This document shows, piece after piece, positions 9,153 through 19,037 of a stretch of 64,000 bases of DNA. Below the pieces are notes generated by a model, which was given only the letters and a program-made list of their open reading frames with translations, ran no database searches and was not told where the DNA came from. The position numbers and the translations under genes were made by a program. Positions within the stretch are counted from its first letter, which is position 1; the number at the start of each line of letters is the position of its first letter. The stretch is taken from NCBI GenBank assembly GCA_964230645.1, contig CAXRHT010000002.1, forward strand, positions 1,792,001 to 1,856,000. The letters run 5' to 3'. Origin of the DNA: Bdellovibrionales bacterium. Its GTDB lineage: Bacteria > Bdellovibrionota > Bdellovibrionia > Bdellovibrionales > JAGQZY01.

Positions 9153-11069
9153 ATGCGAATGTCTGATTGGAATCTGGAAAAGGCAAAAGAAATCTACGGT
9201 ATCGACACCTGGGGAAACGGTTACTTCGAAGTGAACGACGCCGGAAATGTCATCGTCTGCCCTCAAGGCAAAGAAAACCCCCACGTGGATCTTCTTGAGC
9301 TGACCGAAGAGTTACAGGAGCGAGGCATTCGCTGTCCTATGCTCATCCGGTTTCCTGACATCACCCATGAGAGAATTAAGCTTCTTAATCAGTGCTTTAA
9401 AACGGCCATTGATACTTATGAATATAAAGGTTCCTACCAAGGTGTTTACCCTATCAAGGTCAATCAACAACGACATTTGATCGAAGAGATTGTTGAGCTT
9501 GGCGAGCAGTACAATCTTGGACTGGAGTGCGGGAGTAAGCCTGAGCTTCTTATCGTTTTAGCCATGGTTAAGAATCCCCAGGCCTTGATCCTTTGTAATG
9601 GCTTTAAAGATCAAGAGTATATTGAAACAGCCCTTCTTTCTCGCAAACTGGGACGAAATACCATTATCGTAGTGGAACGTTTAGAAGAGCTTGAAATGAT
9701 CATGAAGGCTTCTAAGAAGTTTAATGTGAAACCTAAAATTGGTCTTCGAGCAAAGCTGCAATCAAAGGCGTCGGGCCGCTGGGTGGATTCTGCCGGGGCT
9801 CGCTCTAAATTTGGCCTAACCACCTCTGAGATCTTTCAAGCCTTTGAAATTTTGAAAAAAGAAAATCGCCTCGACACTTTAGACTTGGTCCACTTTCATA
9901 TTGGCTCGCAAGTTCCTTCCATCAGCACGATCAAAAACTCTCTTAAAGAAGGAGCCCAGGTCTATTCTGAGCTTGTGCGCTTAGGAGCCAATCCCACTTA
10001 TCTTGATGTGGGCGGTGGCCTTGGGGTTGATTACGACGGCTCTGGAATCACTGATTCTTCGGTTAATTATAAAGTACAAGAGTATGCCAATGATGTTGTC
10101 TCCATCGTGCAAGGAGTTTGTGAGGAAAAGTCGGTGACAATGCCTACACTTGTTACTGAAGCGGGGCGCTCTTTGGTCGCCTATCACAGTGTCCTTGTCT
10201 TTGATGTTATGGGAATGAATCGGGTGGAGATGGACACGCCCCCTCCGGCTGTGAACAACCAAGAGCACAAAGTATTAAGAGAACTTAAAGATATTTACGA
10301 AACTCTTGATCATAATAACGCCAACGAGTTCTTTCATGACTTAATGGATATTCACGAAAACTCCTTACAACTTTTTACCTTTGGAATTTTGTCTCTGGCC
10401 GAGAAAGCAAAAATTGAGCAGTACTACTGGTCAATTTGCACTCGTATGTGCAAACTTGTGGAAAACAGCAAAGAGCATATTGATCTTTACGAAGAGTTGA
10501 AAAAGCTTTTGTCTGATACCTACTTTTGTAATTTCTCCGTTTTTCAATCTCTGCCAGACTCATGGGCTGTGGGCCATATGTTTCCGGTCATCCCCTTGCA
10601 CCATCTTGAGAAAAAGCCTACGCGAGAGGTCACCCTTGTGGACTTAACCTGTGATTCCGATGGAAAGATTGCAAGCTTTATTGATGTAGAAGCCGGCGAG
10701 CCTCGTAACACCTTGCCTCTTTATGGCTACCAGGCAAATAAGCCCTATTATCTAGGAGTTTTTCTGGTGGGTGCTTACCAGGAGATTCTCGGTGATCTGC
10801 ACAACCTATTTGGAGACACTGATGCCGTTCATGTTTCCATCAATGAAAATGGCTACCATGTGGATGATGTGGTCGAGGGCGACACAGTCGGTGAAGTTCT
10901 CTCTTATGTGCAATACAATCTTGAAAAGCTGACCGGCAATATTCGTAAGGCCGCTGAGCATAGTATTGTTGAGGGCCGAATGAGTAAGATTGAAGCCCGC
11001 ACCCTCATGCGCTACTACCAGGATGGACTGGCTGGCTACACTTACCTCGAAGAGCCTGATTCCGAATAG
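9153..11069 (+). CDS. speA: Biosynthetic arginine decarboxylase
   Basis: YPIKVNQ PLP lysine, HFHIGSQ, DVGGGLGVDY, TCDSDG, YQEILGDLHNLFG. The start could be ATG 9159. Confidence 0.97.
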   Translation: MRMSDWNLEKAKEIYGIDTWGNGYFEVNDAGNVIVCPQGKENPHVDLLELTEELQERGIRCPMLIRFPDITHERIKLLNQCFKTAIDTYEYKGSYQGVYPIKVNQQRHLIEEIVELGEQYNLGLECGSKPELLIVLAMVKNPQALILCNGFKDQEYIETALLSRKLGRNTIIVVERLEELEMIMKASKKFNVKPKIGLRAKLQSKASGRWVDSAGARSKFGLTTSEIFQAFEILKKENRLDTLDLVHFHIGSQVPSISTIKNSLKEGAQVYSELVRLGANPTYLDVGGGLGVDYDGSGITDSSVNYKVQEYANDVVSIVQGVCEEKSVTMPTLVTEAGRSLVAYHSVLVFDVMGMNRVEMDTPPPAVNNQEHKVLRELKDIYETLDHNNANEFFHDLMDIHENSLQLFTFGILSLAEKAKIEQYYWSICTRMCKLVENSKEHIDLYEELKKLLSDTYFCNFSVFQSLPDSWAVGHMFPVIPLHHLEKKPTREVTLVDLTCDSDGKIASFIDVEAGEPRNTLPLYGYQANKPYYLGVFLVGAYQEILGDLHNLFGDTDAVHVSINENGYHVDDVVEGDTVGEVLSYVQYNLEKLTGNIRKAAEHSIVEGRMSKIEARTLMRYYQDGLAGYTYLEEPDSE

Positions 11070-11091
11070 TTCGTTTCATTTTAAGATTCTC

Positions 11092-11118
11092 TCATCTTTT
11101 TGCCATACAAACCGATAG
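11092..11118 (+). promoter_or_regulatory. Putative sigma28 (FliA) promoter
   Basis: TCAT-N15-ACCGATAG, ending 9 nt before the ATG of the pilin-like gene. Confidence 0.5.
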
Positions 11119-11127
11119 GCCTTTTGT

Positions 11128-11973
11128 ATGGGGTTGAAACAAATCAATAACAACAGTGGTTTCTCATTAATTTCGGTCATAGTCGCCGCGGCCGTGGGAA
11201 TGATCGTCGTAGGGGCCATTTCAAAAGTGATCATTTCCCAAAGTGAGCAAGTGGCCTACTTGGAAGATCGGCTTTCAAAAACCAATTTAAAAGGCACTCT
11301 ACAAAATCTTCTTACTCCCCTCGCCTGCCAAAATACATTCAGAGGTCAGAGCGTTCCTAGCACTCCCCGAACCATCACAGAGCTTCGAGACGCTGACAAC
11401 AACATCGTTTATCAAATCCCTCTTCCTGGTGGTGGTTTACCTGATTTTGAAAAGTTAGAAATTGAGCGCATGGAACTGCACAATATCGATTTGCCCAATG
11501 CGGCTGATGCTTCTGGAAAAATGAAATTTGTGGTTTTCACAGAAAGAGTTCGCAGCAAAGGGGCGAAACTCAATCCCATCGAAATTGATCTGGATGTGGC
11601 CACTGATTCTACTAGTTTAATCAATGACTGTTCCCAATCAGGAGGACCTCTGACTCTCAACCCAGGTGAAATGCCCTGTATTATGGCGATTACCACTAAT
11701 ACTGGCGGCGCGCCTCCTCCGCCTGGAGCCCCATCGGGCTTAGCGAGTCGCATGAAGGCGAACTACACCGATAACTTGGAAATTTTCCCCCATGGACAAA
11801 GAGACATCGTTGATTACTCCTTTGGGCCTTACACCTCTTATTGCTGGGGTGAAGTGGAACGAGTGTATCGAGACACCTACCGCTGTAATAACAAACAACT
11901 TATTCGAACCTCTCACACCTACACAGGTGATAACGTCTTTGTTAGCTACGATTTAAGTCCCTGCGGCCCCTAG
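11128..11973 (+). CDS. Prepilin-type (type IV pilin/pseudopilin-like) protein
   Basis: NSG|FSLISVIVAAAVG class III signal followed by a hydrophobic helix; Cys-rich C-terminal domain. Confidence 0.75.
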   Translation: MGLKQINNNSGFSLISVIVAAAVGMIVVGAISKVIISQSEQVAYLEDRLSKTNLKGTLQNLLTPLACQNTFRGQSVPSTPRTITELRDADNNIVYQIPLPGGGLPDFEKLEIERMELHNIDLPNAADASGKMKFVVFTERVRSKGAKLNPIEIDLDVATDSTSLINDCSQSGGPLTLNPGEMPCIMAITTNTGGAPPPPGAPSGLASRMKANYTDNLEIFPHGQRDIVDYSFGPYTSYCWGEVERVYRDTYRCNNKQLIRTSHTYTGDNVFVSYDLSPCGP

Positions 11974-12141
11974 GTGAGAACTAAAAGACCATAAACTCCG
12001 TTTGAAATCCTATCCGCAACCTTACTGTTCAGTTTTTAGACTCTAGAAATCAGTCGCTTGTGCAATTTTTACCCTATTGGTTTCGAAACACTCTCCAAAG
12101 CCTTATCTTAGCTCCACACGAACAATAAAGGAGCCTTGCCA

Positions 12142-12510
12142 ATGTTAAAATTTATTATCGCAATAGGAATGACATTCGGTTTATCTAATTTTGCCCAAGC
12201 AGGAGTCACTGAAGCTCTTGGCGGTCAAACAGTTGAATGCAGCAACGAAGTTGGAGAAAACGAAGCTTTTGTAACAGCCACTTATTTTGAGCATGTTATT
12301 GGAGACAAGATAACAGTGCGATTTCTAAAGTCCTTGTCCATCGAGACCGAAGGTGAAGACGTTTATTCTAAGTCATTCTTCAGACCTCGATATGTAGGCC
12401 CTGAAGCAAAGGACCTCGGCGATGGAATGAGTATTTCTATTTATTCTTTAGGAGCCACGGTCAATTATCAAGGTCAAGAATACGAACTCAACTGCTCAGT
12501 GAGCCAATAA
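12142..12510 (+). CDS. Hypothetical secreted protein
   Basis: Signal peptide ending AQA, AAGGAG RBS, two Cys, followed by a hairpin at about 12522-12551. Confidence 0.7.
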   Translation: MLKFIIAIGMTFGLSNFAQAGVTEALGGQTVECSNEVGENEAFVTATYFEHVIGDKITVRFLKSLSIETEGEDVYSKSFFRPRYVGPEAKDLGDGMSISIYSLGATVNYQGQEYELNCSVSQ

Positions 12511-12638
12511 AACCAAACTCTAGGGCTTGGGGTTCATCCTTAGCCCTTTTTGCTTTTCTCTTTCAATAAAAGTCTCCACAGACAGACCCTGCTGTTGTAA
12601 ACTGTTGATCATTCTAAACACAATGCAGGAACTCTTCT

Positions 12639-13247
12639 ATGTTGAAAATCTTCGTTGATACCGTTCGCAAACTCTATGAATGGACTCTACGCTGGGCCAA
12701 GCACCCTCAAGCCACAAAAGCTCTTTCGTTTCTCTCTTTTCTCGAAGCCTCCATGTTTCCTCTTCCCGTAGATCCCTTGTTACTTGCTATGGGCTTTTCT
12801 AAACCCAAAAGTAGTTTCTACTACGCCTTTCTGACTACCTTATTCTCAGTGCTTGGAGCTGTTGGCGGTTACTTTATTGGAGTCTATGCCTGGTCAGCTC
12901 TCTCCCCTCTCTTTTTTGAGTTTATATTTTCTGAGGAGACTTTTCTTAAAGTGACCTCACGAATGAATAGCGAGGATGCTACTTTTGTTTCCCTTTTCAT
13001 TGCAGGCTTTAGCCCCATCCCCTTTAAAATTTTCACGATCTCAGCGGGAGTCGTAGCCGCTCCCTTAACCCCTTTCGTGCTAGCCTCTATTCTTTCACGA
13101 GGTCTGCGTTATTTTATTCTGGGGGGCATCATCTATTTTATGGGGCCTAAGGCTCAAATTTGGATTGAAACACACTTTGAAAAGATGACGATCGCCGTTT
13201 CTGTCCTTTTGATCTTAACCCTTGTGCTGATGAAATTCCTATTCTAG
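12639..13247 (+). CDS. YqaA/DedA (SNARE-associated) family membrane protein
   Basis: FLEASMFPLPVD, GFSPIPFKIFTISAG, SRGLRY motifs. Confidence 0.9.
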   Translation: MLKIFVDTVRKLYEWTLRWAKHPQATKALSFLSFLEASMFPLPVDPLLLAMGFSKPKSSFYYAFLTTLFSVLGAVGGYFIGVYAWSALSPLFFEFIFSEETFLKVTSRMNSEDATFVSLFIAGFSPIPFKIFTISAGVVAAPLTPFVLASILSRGLRYFILGGIIYFMGPKAQIWIETHFEKMTIAVSVLLILTLVLMKFLF

Positions 13248-13256
13248 AAATAAGTT

Positions 13257-14288
13257 ATGGAATTTGACCCTAATAAAACTGGCACTAAAAACTCTGGGCT
13301 CTTTGCCCTGCCCTTTACTGAAGAGGAATCTGACCTTGTTTTACTCCCAGTTCCTTGGGAGGTAACGACCTCCTATGGCCATGGGTGCTCTCTCGGGCCC
13401 GATGGTATTTTTGCGGCCAGTAAACAGTTGGATGTTTGTGATTCTCTGTATGGAGATTTTTACCAGAGGGGCATCTTTCAAAGACCAACGAATATGGAGT
13501 GGCTCAATCGATCCAAGCTCTTAAAGGAAAAAGCTCTCGACCTAAGAGACAAGATTGAAAATGAGGCCGAGTTCGACCACGAAGACCGAAAAGCTCAAAA
13601 TGAGATTAACGAAGCCTCTATCGAACTCAATCAATGGGTGTATGAAGAGTCTAAAAAGCTGCTGGAACAAAAAAAATGCCCCGCTGTTATTGGAGGCGAT
13701 CATTCCGCTCCTTTTGGTCTTATTAAAGCTTTAAAAGAAAAATACTCGAATCTTAGTATTTTACATATTGATGCTCACCTGGATTTAAGAAAGTCTTATC
13801 AGGACTACCCCTTCTCACACGCCTCTATTATGCGAAACGTTTATGAGGAGCTCAGTCCTGAGAGTATAGTAAGTTTTGGTATTCGTGATTTTTGCCCGGA
13901 AGAAAGGGATTTCGTAAGAGCTCAAGAAAATCTTTATTGCTACTACGACTCTCAAGTTTCCCTTCGATTGTCTCAGGGCCAAGCCTGGACAGATATTGTT
14001 GATGAAGCGCTCGATGTTCTCAGTGAAAACGTTTACATTTCTTTTGATATTGATGGCTTACAGCCAGATCTCTGCCCCCACACAGGCACTCCTGTTCCTG
14101 GAGGCTTGAGCTTTTCTCAGGCGGAAATTCTTCTCTATCAACTCTCCCAATCCTCAAAAAATATTGTGGGATTTGATCTCTGCGAGGTCGCCCCTGAATC
14201 TCAATACGATTTAGAAGGATGGGACACGAATGTGGGTGCGAGAGTCTTATTTAAACTCGCCGGGGCACTCCTCTATCAAGATTTCTAA
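13257..14288 (+). CDS. speB: Agmatinase family ureohydrolase
   Basis: GGDHS, DAHLD, SFDIDGL, TGTPVPGG, DLCEV; close to speA. Confidence 0.9.
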   Translation: MEFDPNKTGTKNSGLFALPFTEEESDLVLLPVPWEVTTSYGHGCSLGPDGIFAASKQLDVCDSLYGDFYQRGIFQRPTNMEWLNRSKLLKEKALDLRDKIENEAEFDHEDRKAQNEINEASIELNQWVYEESKKLLEQKKCPAVIGGDHSAPFGLIKALKEKYSNLSILHIDAHLDLRKSYQDYPFSHASIMRNVYEELSPESIVSFGIRDFCPEERDFVRAQENLYCYYDSQVSLRLSQGQAWTDIVDEALDVLSENVYISFDIDGLQPDLCPHTGTPVPGGLSFSQAEILLYQLSQSSKNIVGFDLCEVAPESQYDLEGWDTNVGARVLFKLAGALLYQDF

Positions 14289-14382
14289 CCTTTCCAGGTT
14301 CATATTACTTTTTTAATGACCCGCTCCGATATATCAGCTATAGACCGTGAAAATAACGAAATTTCAGGTAAGAGGGATAATT

Positions 14383-14814
14383 GTGGGATTTGTGAAAGAA
14401 TTTAAAGAATTCGCTTTAAAGGGAAACGTCGTCGACCTGGCTGTGGCATTTATTATTGGAGCTGCTTTCAAAAAAATAGTTTCCTCTCTGGTGGAGGATG
14501 TCATAATGCCACCGATAGGTCTTGCGGTTGGTGGAGTCAGCTTCGATCAGCTTTATACGGCATTAGATGGAAAGACTTATGAAAATCTTGCTACAGCAAT
14601 TAAGGCAGGAGCTCCGATAATTAAATATGGTATTTTCATTCAAACCGTTATCGATTTTATCATTGTTGCCTTTGTTGTTTTCCTCATGGTTAAAATGATC
14701 AATCGAATGCAAGAGTTGCGAAAAAAACGGGAAGAAGATCCGGCCTCTCCGGTATCTCCCCCAGAAGATATTCTACTCCTCAGGGAAATTCGAGACAGTT
14801 TGAATAAAAGTTAG
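14383..14814 (+). CDS. mscL: Large-conductance mechanosensitive channel
   Basis: [37 protein letters not shown] start after GAGGG. Confidence 0.97.
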   Translation: MGFVKEFKEFALKGNVVDLAVAFIIGAAFKKIVSSLVEDVIMPPIGLAVGGVSFDQLYTALDGKTYENLATAIKAGAPIIKYGIFIQTVIDFIIVAFVVFLMVKMINRMQELRKKREEDPASPVSPPEDILLLREIRDSLNKS

Positions 14815-14988
14815 GTCGTTTCTTCCTCTGTCGAAACCAAGCGGATGTAGATTTCTTCACAACTTTTAGACCTTTTGCATTAAAAGATGACCTGAATCTA
14901 TTGCCAGCTTAAGTTTCTACCTCCATTTTAACAAACCAATCACTCAATAAGCTCCATGCAAGTGGGCTCCACATGGGAAGGAATATTT

Positions 14989-15792
14989 ATGATTCACGTG
15001 ATTTTAGCATTTCTATTGGTCGGTTTCTCTTCATTCGCGGTGGCCGCTGATGAAGAAAAGCCAGGCTTAACAAACGAAACCCAACTAGGTTACGTCGTTG
15101 TCGGTGGTAACGCCCAATCAGAGACGACAAGTGTGAAACACCTTACAAAATACAATTGGGAATTTGATACCTTAAAGTTTACCGGTCACTACATTCAATC
15201 CAGTGGTTTGGTCGACGCTCCCACACCGACCAACCCCGATGCTGAGGAAGAGAGAACAACAGCCGAGAACTGGGCGGCCACGGCTCGTTACGAGCGCGTT
15301 ATCACTCCAAAGTGGTTTAAAACATTTGTGGCGCATGGTTGGTACGGCGATCGCTTCCAAGGTGTGCGCGAAGGTAACTCTACAGACATTGGTGCTAAAT
15401 ATTACACCGCTAACTCAGAAAAACTAAAACAGTTCTTCGAACTTGGTTACAGGTACACTCGAGAACTTTTGACAACAGACCCTCCACCGAACGAGGAAGT
15501 CGGAGTGGGAAATCGTATTATGCCTGAGTATCATTATGCTCGTATCTACGCACAAATCGACTACACCTATAGTAAGTCCTTTTCTTTTGGCGCATGGATT
15601 GAATATCTTCCTAGTGTGGTTAACTTTGCTGAAGATCAAAGGATTAACTACAGTCCTTACTTAACTTCTATTCTGACAGATATCTTCTCATTAAAAATTT
15701 CCTATGAAGGTCGTTATCGTTATAAACCAGCTGTCGTTGGTAACGAATTAACCGATTACACCTTCACAACGGCTCTGGTGGCTAGCTTTTAG
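14989..15792 (+). CDS. DUF481/YdiY-like outer-membrane beta-barrel
   Basis: Signal peptide, LGYVVVGGNAQSET, alternating beta-strand pattern, C-terminal F. Confidence 0.75.
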   Translation: MIHVILAFLLVGFSSFAVAADEEKPGLTNETQLGYVVVGGNAQSETTSVKHLTKYNWEFDTLKFTGHYIQSSGLVDAPTPTNPDAEEERTTAENWAATARYERVITPKWFKTFVAHGWYGDRFQGVREGNSTDIGAKYYTANSEKLKQFFELGYRYTRELLTTDPPPNEEVGVGNRIMPEYHYARIYAQIDYTYSKSFSFGAWIEYLPSVVNFAEDQRINYSPYLTSILTDIFSLKISYEGRYRYKPAVVGNELTDYTFTTALVASF

Positions 15793-16232
15793 TGAGCACT
15801 GATAGCGAGTCGCCCTGGTGGGCCAAAGGAATTCGGTTCGAGTGTCAGGGCTCGGGCCGATGTTGCGTTTCTAGAAATGGCTATGGTTATGTTTACCTCA
15901 CCAAAGAAGATCGCATCCGCATGGCTGAGGCTCTTAATCTAACCACTACCCAATTCACCAAACAATACTGCCAAAAAGAAGATGGTATTTACCATTTAGT
16001 GGATGGAAAAAAGGGAGAGTGCTTTTTCCTTAAAGGAAAACAGTGTGGAATCTATGAGGCTCGCCCCACACAATGCCGTACCTGGCCTTTTTGGCCTGAG
16101 GTGATGGACGCTAAAGTTTGGAACGAAGAGGTGGCAAGTTTTTGCCCGGGCGTTGGCAAAGGAAAACTCTGGAAACAAAAAGAAATTTCTGAGATTTTAG
16201 AACACCAGGAAGAGTCCGAGGAAAACTACTGA
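15792..16232 (+). CDS. YkgJ-family cysteine cluster protein
   Basis: FECQGSGRCC, CFFL, CGIYEARPTQCRTWPFW, CPG. GTG overlaps the upstream TAG. Confidence 0.9.
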   Translation: MSTDSESPWWAKGIRFECQGSGRCCVSRNGYGYVYLTKEDRIRMAEALNLTTTQFTKQYCQKEDGIYHLVDGKKGECFFLKGKQCGIYEARPTQCRTWPFWPEVMDAKVWNEEVASFCPGVGKGKLWKQKEISEILEHQEESEENY

Positions 16233-17650
16233 GCCGCCTCATCTGCTGCCTCTGCCGCGGGAGCCTCCTCTCCCACTCTTAAACACTGATCATGAGAAAT
16301 TAGGTTTTGAACCCGAGAGTTCACAGCACTCACCATCATGAGTTCGGTTTGATATCTTTGGATGTTCGCTAGTGCTGCCTCCCGGCGCTCTTGCTGTGAG
16401 GGCCTCCTAACTTCCGACAAATTAGGTGGTTCATGGAGAGGAACTCGAAGTCCCCCAGGATTTTGTTCTAAATAGGCTTCACCGTTGGGATAAAATCGCA
16501 AAACGTGATCTCGGCCTTCGTTCCGATAGAGATGCCCATCAGAGGCAATAATATAACGATGGTCTCCAATCACCATAGTGCGCCCATCACAACGAACTTC
16601 AGTCGCTTCTCTAAAGTTTCTACCTTGTGTGTGAATGTAGCCCTCAATGGCTAAACACGCCATCCTCGCCACCCGACCGTCACTGGACTGAGCCAGAGTT
16701 TCAAAACGATTGGGGTCGGCAATAATTCTTGCCAATTCTTCATGGAAAATTTCGCGAAGCTCTTCACCCGTGCGCCCTCGACAGTCGGCAATTGTGCGCT
16801 CCTGGCCGGGGCGCAGACCTCGGTTGCCACATTCATCGAAATCAAAAAAAGTTTGGATCACTGGTTGAGAAGCCGAGGAGATTCCCCACCAAGCCAAAGT
16901 CACTCGCCCACCAATGATTCCTCTGAGCGCTAAAGCTCTCACGGCAGCCCAACCACCAACGTTGGCAAGGGTTGTTCCTGTTGCAACTGTGATTCTATTT
17001 TTTATGGCTGGACTCACTCCTTGAACATTTTCGTAGAGTTCCGGGCTGTTAATTCTGGTTTCACTTCGTCTATTGTCTGCTAGGTAATCTCGAAAAACTT
17101 CATCACAAGTTTTATTAAAGGAACAAGTGGCCATGGCACGCCCTGTTTCGATCACCTCTCGACACTGATTTTTTTCATCGGCGCTTAATGGCTGACTGAA
17201 ACGCTCGTAAGGTCTTAAAAGGTTTTGGCACTCTCCCCATTTTGAGGACAAATTTTCTTGGCCGATCGCCTCTAATCTTTCCACTATTTGTTGTGCTCGT
17301 GTTGATAGTAGCTGTGGTGACCGAGTGTTGGCATCCACACTATGAGAGCGTCGATACACCCAACGCCCTTCTTCCATAGCGATAGGAAAGTGGTGATTGT
17401 TTTCAGAAAAAAAATAATCGCCACTGTCGACGTTGTATAGAACCGCATGGCTTCCCGAATATGGGATTCTCAGTTGATGGCGAAGACTTCCGTCACGATT
17501 CAATTGAATGGATCCGAGTGGATCAGAATCGCTTGATGGACGAGCCATCATTGAGTTTCTGCTTTGACACTCTAGGGACTGAGCAAAAAGAGTGTGTCCC
17601 CAGAAAAAAGCAGTGATGAATGCGATGATAAGTTTGAGCCCATTTGCCAT
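16226..17650 (-). CDS. Hypothetical secreted protein
   Basis: 474-aa ORF with signal peptide (LFA-QS), many Cys and a central Gly/Ala-rich hydrophobic segment. Confidence 0.75.
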   Translation of the reverse strand: MANGLKLIIAFITAFFWGHTLFAQSLECQSRNSMMARPSSDSDPLGSIQLNRDGSLRHQLRIPYSGSHAVLYNVDSGDYFFSENNHHFPIAMEEGRWVYRRSHSVDANTRSPQLLSTRAQQIVERLEAIGQENLSSKWGECQNLLRPYERFSQPLSADEKNQCREVIETGRAMATCSFNKTCDEVFRDYLADNRRSETRINSPELYENVQGVSPAIKNRITVATGTTLANVGGWAAVRALALRGIIGGRVTLAWWGISSASQPVIQTFFDFDECGNRGLRPGQERTIADCRGRTGEELREIFHEELARIIADPNRFETLAQSSDGRVARMACLAIEGYIHTQGRNFREATEVRCDGRTMVIGDHRYIIASDGHLYRNEGRDHVLRFYPNGEAYLEQNPGGLRVPLHEPPNLSEVRRPSQQERREAALANIQRYQTELMMVSAVNSRVQNLISHDQCLRVGEEAPAAEAADEAAQ

Positions 17651-17660
17651 ACCGACAGTT

Positions 17661-17688
17661 TTATCGGCATTTTGGGCTCAAAATTTTA
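17661..17688 (-). promoter_or_regulatory. Putative sigma28 (FliA) promoter
   Basis: Minus strand TAAA-N16-GCCGATAA, a near-consensus match, ending 10 nt before ATG 17650. Confidence 0.65.
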
Positions 17689-17700
17689 AAGTAATATCAT

Positions 17701-18069
17701 TTATTTCGCGTATTTACGGCGCATGCTCTCGCGAATCTCAGCACCTTCGATACTTAAACGAGTCCAAGGTATGGCTAAAAGTCTTTCAGCCTCAATGTAC
17801 TCTTCTGTTTCTTCACAGATACCGTAGGTTCCACCTTCGATTCTCGCTAACGCCTGCTCAATTTCAAAGAGCTGCTTGCGGATACGGTCGTGTTGGCCAA
17901 GCACTTCACTCTCGTTTAGCACTCGAACGGTTTGGTCAGCTTCGTCCCCGCCTTTTTCATCCGTGTGCAAATTCTTGCGAATGTCCCTGACACGATTCAA
18001 AAGCTCTTCCTTGGACTCAAGAAGCTTGTCTTTGCAATCTTCTACCAAACTCTTACTAATTGAAGACAT
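17701..18069 (-). CDS. dksA: DksA/TraR family transcription factor
   Basis: Coiled coil with DEAD tip, ALARIEGGTYGIC, RLLAIPW. Confidence 0.85.
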   Translation of the reverse strand: MSSISKSLVEDCKDKLLESKEELLNRVRDIRKNLHTDEKGGDEADQTVRVLNESEVLGQHDRIRKQLFEIEQALARIEGGTYGICEETEEYIEAERLLAIPWTRLSIEGAEIRESMRRKYAK

Positions 18070-18494
18070 CTTTCCCCCCTCATATAAACAGTAACTAATG
18101 TCGATATTAGTAATTCTAATCTAGCCCCATCTTTGGAACTGATCTATTTAGACACGTCACAGAGAAAAAAGGCAAGTCGAAATTCTTTTCAAACTTAAAA
18201 ACCATAGAAATTCCAGGCCTTTGTCAGGTCTAGGTTTCCACATTCACCATTTAAGATTGTTTAAGAAATTTTATAAAAGCCAGTACTGGCGCGACTTTAA
18301 TTCATTCTGCAATTTCTTGTCAGTTTCTTACTAAAATCGTTAGCGCGCAATTTAACAAACTCGCCAAATGTCAGTAACTCATTAATAAACCTAAACATTA
18401 CGAAAACAATCCTTAAACATTTTGTTGTTTTGCTATTAATTTAGGCTTTTAGAAGCCAGTGCCTCTCTTCTCTCTATAAGACACAAGCTTGGGA

Positions 18495-18956
18495 TCAATA
18501 GGTTAAACTGGTGTACTCCAGTGGTTCCCAAAGATTCTTTTCATAGATCCAGTGTTTGAATCCGTAATCGTCTTGCAAGTAAAGCCAAGCGTCTTCTCGC
18601 TGTAGCTTTTTGAAAGGGAGGTATTTGTGCCCCACTGTAAGAGCGGTTTTACCAAACTCGGTGCCGGGGCCTTTGCGAAGAATCGATTGACTCACCTTGA
18701 TTACGGCGCAGTCTATTTTATCTGTGACAAGTCCTGAGGCAATCCACATTTTTTTACCCTCAAGATCTTTTACGAAGTACCACCCGCCCTTATAGTCCAA
18801 TTCGATAAAGGGCATATACTTACCAACAGTCCAAAGTTTTTTTGAATTCACACTTGGCTTGGCTCTTAGGTTGGCCTGACTAGCCGTCACACACAAAGAC
18901 CATGAGATTGAGGGAAATACTAACCCCGTGAGAATGATAAAACGAAAAAGCGACAT
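18495..18956 (-). CDS. Secreted tandem SH3-domain protein
   Basis: Signal peptide; two NLRxxP/ILRKGPG...W SH3-like repeats. Confidence 0.8.
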   Translation of the reverse strand: MSLFRFIILTGLVFPSISWSLCVTASQANLRAKPSVNSKKLWTVGKYMPFIELDYKGGWYFVKDLEGKKMWIASGLVTDKIDCAVIKVSQSILRKGPGTEFGKTALTVGHKYLPFKKLQREDAWLYLQDDYGFKHWIYEKNLWEPLEYTSLTY

Positions 18957-19037
18957 ACACTTTAATCCTAGCACAGACGCCTAAAAAAGGGAGTGCGGCT
19001 GGTGACTCCCATACAAATGTCGTATAGGATTTGGCCC

